Position numbers and translations under genes: made by a program. Below the pieces are notes generated by a model, which saw only the letters and a list, made by a program, of their open reading frames with translations, was not told where the DNA came from and did not search any database. A stretch of DNA of 63,320 nt, filler included, from Octopus bimaculoides (taxonomy: Eukaryota): the NCBI RefSeq assembly GCF_001194135.2. It is 6 parts of 6 records of this genome, joined end to end, with 100 filler letters (N's around TTAATTAATTAA, not from the genome) between each part and the next. Parts side by side here need not be neighbours in the genome. Positions count along the whole stretch, not along the records: positions 52,160 to 59,119 come from NC_068981.1; positions 59,220 to 63,320 come from NC_069001.1; 4 more parts are not named here. One strand, 5' to 3'. Below are positions 53,929 through 63,320 of this stretch, piece after piece (the first letter of the stretch is position 1; every line of letters starts with the position of its first letter).

Positions 53929-54743
53929 ATGTCGCACTCACTCTCCTATGCAGAATCTAATATAGTTTTTGTCTCTCCTTCTCTCTCTTTCTCTCTCCCT
54001 AATGCGTACACACAGTTTCTCACCCTCTCTCATTCTCTGAGAATGTATTCGGCCAATGCAACTTCAAAGCTCATGTGCTTGCTTAAATTGGATTTGTTAA
54101 AAGTTAATGGTCAAATATTTCATCTCAAAAAGTTATCTTTTCGTGTATATTTCTCTCCCCTGATTTTGTTGATTTTTTTTTTTTATTTTACTTTACTTTT
54201 TCGAAAGAATATTTTTATCATTACAGTTTTTTTCTTTTTTTTTTTACTTTATTTATGCGTTTATTTTTGTCAGAAGACAGATACCCATTCTTATTTAGAA
54301 TATAATTCTCATTTCGAAAATGTTATCGAAATTACAGCGTAGATGAGCTTGAATAAATGATGGCGTTTTATCTGGACAATATGTTCAGAATTTTATTTTA
54401 TTTTAGTTTAGTGTAACTTTATTTATATTTTAGTCGTATGTTTTATTCTTGAAATACTTTGTTTGTTTAATTTTTTTACATATTATTTTTCCACTTTCTA
54501 TTATCAATATCAAATACACAACATATAATAATATTTTCATGAGAATCACTCCTTTCTTCAAACGCATTCATTCATTAACAGAAACAAATTAGGAAGAAAA
54601 AAAGTACAACAGATAAAACTGATTTGTTATTTCAGGAATGGGTGCTGATTTTATTCGTACACGCGCACATACATATCTGCATACATCATGCATGTTTAAA
54701 TGTGTGAAGCGCATATCATATCATAACATATATATACATATAC

Positions 54744-54829
<86 letters not shown>

Positions 54830-55179
54830 CCGATTTATGTATTTATTCTATCCTTTGGAATTTTATATTATATGTTTACAACCATGTAACCAGATCTAGC
54901 CTTCCTCGCCATACACCTGCCTAGATGAAACAATACTGATAGCATTTGACTCGAGAAGTTAGTTTATCATTGAAAATATCTTTAATCGGCACAGAAAATA
55001 TTGTGTTTTGTTTTATCTTTAATATGAGCCATTGTAATAGAAAAAAATATCTGATTCATGCATAATTTGAGAAGAAAGCTTTTTTTTTTTTCTTCTGAAA
55101 TATCAAATAATAATCAGCTTATGGTGTAGTTGTTATTAATTTTGTTACCATATCTGTTGTCTTACCCATGTAGGAAGAC

Positions 55180-55435
55180 CGAAATTGTCTGGCTGAAATT
55201 GAAATACTTGTGCTTATTTCAGAATATTTCAATGAAGGATAAAAATATTCTTGTAATGTTTCCAGATCATTCCATTATACCAGGACCCGTTTTGAAAATA
55301 AACTCATCATTGTAATCTGTAAAAATATCCTCCGTGTTTGATGCTGTCTGTGAGTAGAAGATTTTATCCTCTTTGCCTAAGTTAATGTCAAATGCGCCAA
55401 GAATAATCTTGAGATCATCTGTCTGGGAATGTAAC
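55180..55435 (-). mobile_element. Possible decayed LINE APE-endonuclease fragment
   Basis: DDLKIILGAFDINLGKED resembles the APE motif IILGDFNAxLG; stops follow. Confidence 0.3.
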
Positions 55436-57523
55436 CTGCAATAGACTCCTGTTTTATCCAGGGGAAGATTTATATCTCATTCTATGGAAGCGAAGTCAAG
55501 TTCCTGTTTGCAGTGTAACTGAGAAAACATTTTAACGCATAATTATACAACCGCACACCTGCTAATATACAAGTTCATACATACACATACACGAAAAAAA
55601 CATGCAGGCACGTAAATTCATATACGCATGTATATACATAAGTACGAACACACATAAACATATATACGTATACATATATACAAACACATGTACGTACGAA
55701 TGTATGTATGTATGTAGGCGTATAAAGATCATGAATATCTAGTTAATAATACTTGAGATGAGGAACTGAACAAAGGAAATATATACGTCAAAGACTTCAT
55801 AACTATTTCGCTGGAATAATTCTGAGGATAATATCAAGAATCGTCTCATGTAGGATAGTTGCGTATATATTTTTACTTACCATACATCCCCATTATTGAA
55901 CATCGTACACTTTATTAATTAGTGTGCAATGGATGATCATAACCAGATATTTTATTCATGGAAGCTTTTCTTTTACTCCTGACAAACCGCATGACATAAA
56001 TGCCAGTTTCCCTCCAAATTTTCGTTAAGCTCCTTATAGGTTAAGGATTGTCAACAGTAGAGATAACAGTAAATATTTCATACTACTCCACATTAACAAT
56101 CTAGAGATGCAGGCGCATAGTGTAACTTAGACGCAAATTCATTGTGTTTGACAATATATTGCAGAATAAACGCAGCTAATTATCATTCAACGTCGGTTTC
56201 TTTGACACTCGCTTACTAGAGGCTTTTTGCGACATTCCCTTCAATAAATAATCTACTGCATTTAAGGAGAAAATAAAAATTTGTAATTTTTAAGATGCAT
56301 TTTAAAACTGGTGATTGTGGAATTGATTATCGATATTCATTTGGGGAGGTTCGAGCACTGGTCTTTCAGATATTAACTAAGGACTGCATAGTGTCCCATA
56401 AATATATCCCACAGTTATAGCACAGTTAAAAAGTTGTTGTAATTTCGAGGCAAAAAAGGAAAAAAAAGTCCCAGAATGGGCGCAGTATAATAACTGAAGA
56501 AAAACGTATAAGAGTAAATTGTGTGTATGCATGTGAGTATATATATTTATATATATGAACTAGGAATTTAAATGTAAGCTACTATAAGTTTTACATTGTA
56601 TAGTGCAGTAATCGGACGGGTTTGTACCTCCTGCCGTATACTATACTACAATCATTCGGGCTAAGATAATAAATAAAAAAGAAAACAAGAAAAGAAAGGG
56701 AAAGGACACTGTACTGTATGCTATACAAGCCCGACTTTTACTGTATCATCCCAGCATAGAGTGGCTCATAATGTGCTAATTAAAAGATACTTATTTCTCA
56801 GTGGATGGCGTACTCATTCGGTTAGTCCAAGTGTAACAGACTGAGATGTACACAATATATATATCGGAAATGTTATCACTCACAGTTAGGTATTACTTAG
56901 TAATGCTAGTTCCATGCTTACGCTACAAGTGGTTGGTGCCTATGCTGTCACAAGATGCTGTCGTGAAATTCTTTGGAAAAACTTCAACATTCTTGGGAAA
57001 ACTTTAAACGGGTTCACTGGAAAAAAAATTGAATATTCCCTTTTTACATCCGAACGCTTCATGCGTGTGTGCGTGTGCGCGTGTGTGTGTGTGTGTGCAA
57101 TTTTCCACATACAGACAAACGTGCACACGCGTACAAAGATACACAAAAACAAACAGAGATAATAGTGCTTCGTTTTAATCTAAGTTGTTTTTGCTGCTTT
57201 CAACTTATGATTGTTACGTCTTTCAATATAAATTAGGAAAAATATAATAAGTTTCTTCTTTTCCTTCAAAGTTTAATTTTTCTGCTTGATACTTATTTCT
57301 ATCTCACATATTTTTAACGCTGTAGATGTTTGTAATAATGAAGATCTCATATGGTATATTATATATAATTGTCTTTATGTTTATATTGGAATAATATTGT
57401 ATAGAAGTTGTTAGGAACGTATGTTATTAATCTGGTGACTGCATCGAAGTACATTAATAATGATTTATAATATATTAAACTGTCAATGACTATTTCAGAA
57501 GTGAAAGACAGAAGGAATTTAAA

Positions 57524-57554
<31 letters not shown>

Positions 57555-58229
57555 GTGTGTGCGTACGTGTGTGTGTGTGTGCGCGTGTGTGTGTGTGTGA
57601 TTATACTTCATTTTATATAAGTAAACGTCACTAGAACAGTGTAACTGTATATATTAATGTATATAATGATTGTAAACCAATGTTATTATTCTAATGCCAC
57701 ACAAGATCATTTATCAAAAACTTGCAGCTGAAGGCATGATATAGATTTATATCAAGTGGTTATTCTGTAAAATAAACACTATTTTCCTTTCAGTTAGTTG
57801 GTATTTTTATGATAATAAAATTATTAGTAATATTGATTTTAATTTTGTATGAGAGATATATCGTTAATTTCATCGATCTTTATACGTTGCTAACATTTAT
57901 TTATAATCCTTGGTCGGATGAAGGCAATGTTAATGCGAATGATTTATTTAAACACAGAAGAGAGGAGTGTTATGAAGTAAAGCAATTATTTTAGTATTCT
58001 CCCATATATTCCAGCATGCTCCTGGTATTCTGTGTAAAACCCCATTTTCTAAGAACGAATGTATTTAATTTAAATCATGCAGGATGTACAATACAGGCCA
58101 CACATAGCCTATTGGTTGTAGTACAAACAAAAAACATAGCTGAATGCTTTAGAAGGAATAATCACTCATAATGACTCTAAACATTCCCATGGTTTAATAA
58201 ACTGAAAATATATCAGAAATTTAGGAAGT

Positions 58230-58504
58230 ACTTCACTTATCGACCAGACATCAGCAGTTTTTGTACATCACTGATCACAATGCGTTTTCTCGCATCATTG
58301 TATCCTTCCAATGATGCTAGCCCCTGATCGTAGCCCAGGATGGTAAGCCATTCAGTCGTAGGGTTACCCATATACAGATAAGTGACCTGGATCAGGGAGA
58401 AATGAAGTATTTGTTCAAGAACCAAACACACTGGGAGCCTGAAAATCGAAGCCACAATCTTGTGATCGTGATGCAACACTCTAAACACTGGGCCGCGCTC
58501 CCTC
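58230..58504 (-). mobile_element. tRNA-derived SINE of a further family
   Basis: Head gggagcgcggcccagtgtttagag..ggcttcgattttc, then ttcttgaacaaatacttc..gggtaaccctacgactgaatggcttaccatcc. Confidence 0.55.
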
Positions 58505-58779
58505 ACACAAAATGCTCTTTTAAAAACGAAACGTTTTCGATTTACAAACAGGCCAATGCAGTATCGGGATCATCTATTCTACTTGGTATGATTTGTGCGA
58601 CTGGATTCCAACAACAAAGTTTTCAGTATCGAAGGTTAAGCCTAAAGACGTGGATTGCGACCCCACGTATGGTTTCTTGTATTACAAGTAACATTCCAAC
58701 TGAGATATTATGTAAAAACAAATATTTTTTTCCATTATGAATCCTTGTTCTTCTCCAGTTAAATGCATTACAGTGACAC

Positions 58780-59119
58780 ACACAAACATGCACAATCGGG
58801 CAGGTCGGCCCCGCATTTCGCGAGCTGTGTCTATAGAGCTTATCCCAAACGGGTAGCGCTTCTCGGTAGCACTGCCAGGCCAGGGATCTCTGGAAGTTGT
58901 CCATAGGTCCCGGCCCAAAAGTCGTCCTGAACAGGTGGGTCAGGTATTCCTCGGTCATGGAGACGAGCTGCGGGAAAGCGCGTCGCACAAACGGCGACCA
59001 CACCTGCTCACCGACGTCTACGTAGAGCCGGAGATGTCGCAGTCTCAGCACATGTGTGCGCATCATCAACCATGGCATGCCCAGCCCTCCTTTCAGCGGG
59101 TGTTGGCAACAAACGGATC
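58780..59119 (-). mobile_element. Tx1/L1-clade LINE ORF2 C-terminal (zf-RVT-like) fragment
   Basis: FRTTFGPGPMDNFQRSLAWQCYREALPVWDKLYRH..TCPIVHVC; cut by an assembly gap. Confidence 0.65.
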
Positions 59120-60003
59120 NNNNNNNNNNNNNNNNNNNNNNNNNNNNNNNNNNNNNNNNNNNNTTAATTAATTAANNNNNNNNNNNNNNNNNNNNNNNNN
59201 NNNNNNNNNNNNNNNNNNNTATACATGTATATATATATGCATATATATATATGAATATATATACATGTATATATATATGCATATATATGAGTATACATGT
59301 ACATTAATGTGCACGTAGGTATGTCTATGTGTGTATATGCTTACATATGCATGTATGCATGTATGAATCTATGCACACACACACACTCATATTTATATAT
59401 ATACATATATACATACAGAAAGTGAGAAAAGGAGAGTGAGAGAGTGAGAGTAAGAAAGAGAGAGAAGGTGAGAAAGAGAAAGTGAGAGAGGGAGAGAATT
59501 TTTCCGTGCATGTATATATATTGATAGATGCATAAAAAGTCCATATAACGAATCTGATCAAACACGATTGAAATGATTGATGCAGATTGATGCAGATTTA
59601 TGCTGCAAATATCGTATCGATTACAGTAGAATTGGTCATAGCAGAACAAAATAACACAACAATCAAAAGCAAACGCTACAAAAAAAAAAAATCTAACAAT
59701 AGTGAGATTATGTAAATAGTTAATCAGGTGTTCAAACCGTAGTTATCCTGTATTGAATATTCTGTCACTGGTCATTGGTTCCAAGTTTGGACAGTGGCCG
59801 TAATGAGCCAGAGTCTTTTGTGGATCATATTGATCCCAATAATTATATCACTCTTTTATTATATTTTATCGATCCCCAGGGAATGGTAAGCGTTTACCTT
59901 GTGATGTAAAGGGTTACAAATTGACACGCCATTTTACAGCGATATACGCAATTAAGGAAATCGACACACGCGTGTGCATATGCATGCATCTATCTATTTA
60001 TGC

Positions 60004-60038
<35 letters not shown>

Positions 60039-60099
60039 TATGTATAAATAGATAGATAGATCATATATATCTTTTAAGTTTTACTTGTTTCAATCATTA

Positions 60100-60700
60100 G
60101 AGTGAATAGACTTTATCTGAATTTTTGGACTCTTGATATTCACTTTCAGTCTCTGCTCCAGACGTTGACGATGGCACTGGAGTTGCTCTGGTTGAAGTTG
60201 GCATTAAGGACGCTTTTCTTCTTTTGAATGGATGGATAGTTTTGGAAATGACTGCCTTTCCAGTTTCATACCCAACCTTTCCCTTGCTGTCAATTTGTGG
60301 ATAATATAACCTTCTATCCCCACTGCACAACCATTCACAGTTTTTCTTTGTGATGTCAAAAATTCCTTTCAATGAATTGCATTTTCCCCTGTAGATATTC
60401 AGCGCTTTTTCTACTTTTATTTGTACATTTTGAATTGATAAATACTGGAAATTTAATTTCTTTAGCCATAAAAAGTTTCTTCCTTCGAAATTTCCTTTTT
60501 TCTTTCTTTCTTTCCTTATTTGATGGTACCTCCAAGGAACAGGTTGCGACCGACAATGTGAAGTTTCCTTGGTATCCTGCAGTTGTTTTCCAAAGAATGT
60601 TCTTCTTGAGGAACAGGTCTTCCCTTCCTAAGTGAGTCTTGAAATTGCACGAGATTCTTCGTCCAGATTGTTTTGCTTTTTTTGAGTGACACAAGCACTT
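60100..60700 (-). mobile_element. Probable decayed DNA-transposase (hAT-related) N-terminal region
   Basis: Overlapping frameshifted ORFs containing IFDI..WLC..D..Y.Q..S.G.VGY..IHP.KR. Family assignment is from recall only. Confidence 0.3.
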
Positions 60701-61147
60701 CTCTTATGAGACATTATTTTAGATACTCTAGTTGGATAAGCCTACTATTGTGAAAAACAGTTAATATAGTCAGAGTTTTTAGCGTCACAGAAATAAAAAT
60801 GAGAGGAAGAGGATATTTCCTAAAGTAGGGCCTAGGTGGCAACCAATTAAAAACTCTATAACTCCTAAACTACTTAAACTTGAAATATGAAATTTGAGAT
60901 ACACACTAAGTTTGGTAAAACCTTGAGTAGGCATTATAAACACCCCCTCTAGAATTTTGCATGATTTGGGTCAAAAGTGGTGTTAGATTTGGAGAGGGGC
61001 GTTTTAAAAAAAANNNNNNNNNNNNNNNNNNNNNNNNNNNNNNNNNNNNNNNNNNNNNNNNNNNNNNNNNNNNNNNNNNNNNNNNNNNNNNNNNNNNNNN
61101 NNNNNNNNNNNNNNNNNNNNNNNNNNNNNNNNNNNNNNNNNNNNNNN

Positions 61148-61185
<38 letters not shown>

Positions 61186-61199
61186 GTTTTGGTATCAAG

Positions 61200-62289
61200 A
61201 AGAGACTCAAAATGGCAGGTAAGGCTATGTAAGTGCTACGGAAGGACCGTAGTTAGACTGTCGGTTCAATAATAGTATGAGTGAGGAGTCTAATGTAGGT
61301 CGTGTGAGCATGTATATGTTAAATAAAATGAGACAACAAAACCAAGGCAGTTTGAAATTTTCAGGACATTTATAAAGAGAAAGTTAGTCTTACAGCTGTT
61401 TCAGGGATATGGGGGATATCCCTTCATCAGAGACGATATGATAGAGTTGAATAGAGGGAAATAGTAGAGTGCAGTAGTAGAAATAGTAGAGTGCAAATAA
61501 GTTATTTTGGAAAGGGAGAGATATAGGAAGTATAAAAGGAAATAAGAGAATAAAAATAAAAATATATGTTGGATGTTACAGTTGCAGTTCTATTATACAA
61601 GGAAAGTGTTGTGTAGAATGGGTAGAAAGGCTTCTTGCCAACGGTATGTAAATTCTGATAGGAGTTCATATTTTTTTGTTATAGATGGATAGTGTGGAGA
61701 CATTAATTCCATGTGCTGTTCATTCAAAGTAGTCTTGTAGTGTGAATGAAATTTTGAGAAAGTACTGGTAGGTGTAAGTACATAGAAAGAAAAGTATAGA
61801 TATGTATAGTCGGAGGAGAATGGTATTGGTCAAAAAGAATAGGGGAGGAAAGAAGCAAGCAAGAAAGAAAGTAAGAAAGAGGAAGAGAAAATTTAAAAAT
61901 GAGTGCTAGATGATGGTCAAGATATTGTGACAGAGAGGGAGATAAGAGCTATCAGTAAATAAAAGGATTGGGGGAGGGATAGAAAGAAGAGATGAGAATT
62001 TAAGGAAGTGAGAGGTGGGATGGTATGTTTGAAAGGCATTAAAGTGGAGAGATAGGTAAAGAGTGTGTAATAAAAGTGAATAGTAAACCTCAAAAGGAAG
62101 GGAAGAATAATAAGATATAATGGTCAAGTTTTTAAAAATAGACGTAGGCATTTATTGTACTAGTTAAAGTGATAGTGGGGGTTGATGAATCGGTATATAG
62201 ATATACGCACACGTGCACATATATACATGTAAATGTCTATATGCACTATTATATAGGCCCACGTACTTATATACCTACCTACATACGCT

Positions 62290-62352
<63 letters not shown>

Positions 62353-62887
62353 GTATTATTAAACAATTAAAAAAATAAGATATTGGGAAGTCAAATTAGG
62401 TTGTCGGAGATTACCTAAGGGGTATATGTACTGTGTGGTGATTTAGGTTACATTTAGATCTGTGGTCAAATTTGAAGGTATGAAAAGAGCGGTGGTTGCA
62501 TGTACTTAGAGCCTCATTATACTTATTTAGTAGTATTGAAGAGTTGTGTTTTAATATATGGAATGCTTCTTTTAGGCATAACTTACAAGCTGGACGTTGA
62601 CCCTGGTATGGAAGCCCTGAATCTATTATGGACCATGATAAGTTACATGGAATATTCCTATTTCTGAGATGATGTATGGGACTGGCGAGGGTTGTGGATT
62701 TATTATGTTTCTCATATCTAAAAGAATTGAGAAGCACAGCATATCACTGTTTAAAATGTATAGTTGATCCTATATATATTGTTGTAGAATTGTGTAGCGT
62801 GTTGAGGACGGTGCCTTTGTAAATTACATTTAAACTTATGCAACGCATTCGTAGAGGGTAAATGGTCCCAGGGCGGCAGTTACATGG
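61200..62887 (-). mobile_element. Penelope-like element 3' portion: GIY-YIG endonuclease, long 3' region and HHR
   Basis: PCNCR..YPL..C...NVIY..IYIGST..FKQ*Y..LNSFR..STTLA..W.I....Y...CKLCLKE..IL...LLNK.NE.LSTCNH, all in one frame from 62887 to 62411, with one in-frame TGA at 62744-62746. Confidence 0.88.
61387..61434 (-). ncRNA. Type I minimal hammerhead ribozyme (PLE-associated), apparently intact
   Basis: GTCT-CTGATGA-AGGGATAT-CCCCC-ATATCCCT-GAAA-CAGCTG-TA-AGAC: all core nucleotides present, 8-bp stem II, palindromic ACAGCTGT stem III, GUA triplet. Confidence 0.85.
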
Positions 62888-62986
62888 TAATGCATAGTGG
62901 ATATTATTCTCAGGAATGGAGGAAGTAATACTGTCTAGGGAGAGGTTAGAGATGGAGGTAGATTGGTCTATGTTATTAACATTATT

Positions 62987-63033
<47 letters not shown>

Positions 63034-63320
63034 TATTATTATTATTATTATTGTTCAGTAGTTTTATTTTTATAACGTGCTTTCACTTCACTACCGAGCG
63101 CAGCTCTGTGCGCCTTGGGTATGTGCTGTGGTTTGCTGTGGTGCTTTTATGTTTACTGTATTGAAAGTGTTTTGCGTAGAATGTGTGCAGTACCCAGTAG
63201 TGCAATTTTCTGTATGTTACATATATTTGTAAGTCCTGGTATTTTTGTTATGTATTTGTCTGAGTATTTTTTAATTATACCTAAGGCACCTACTATGATA
63301 GGAATTGTTTCTGTTTTTAG

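Noticed and set aside
53485-54342. 285-aa plus-strand ORF
   Set aside because: Translation of (TGTA)n, (CT)n and T-rich DNA; no domain.

Overview
AT-rich, microsatellite-dense, gap-ridden eukaryotic scaffold. The SINE/LINE content resembles octopus (inference, not shown by the sequence). The only intact host coding sequence is the large catalytic exon of a Sulfotransfer_2-family carbohydrate sulfotransferase (CHST11/9-like, minus strand, 3495-4445); its N-terminal signal-anchor exon(s) could not be located. The rest is a retroelement/transposon graveyard. It includes an R4/Dong-like RLE LINE inside a (TACA)n tract, RTE and Tx1/L1 fragments, a Gypsy LTR element with a tRNA-Trp PBS, a hAT/Buster pseudogene, Tc1/mariner and pogo ends, many tRNA-derived SINEs (one five-copy head-to-tail array), and several Penelope-like (PLE, GIY-YIG) remnants. 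The most notable signal is a set of up to nine minimal type-I hammerhead ribozyme (HHR) motifs, two to three near-intact and the rest degenerate, most with a family-specific palindromic stem III. Two lie inside small inverted-repeat elements, one has an 88-nt stem II, and one sits on the sulfotransferase sense strand about 280 nt upstream of the putative splice acceptor.
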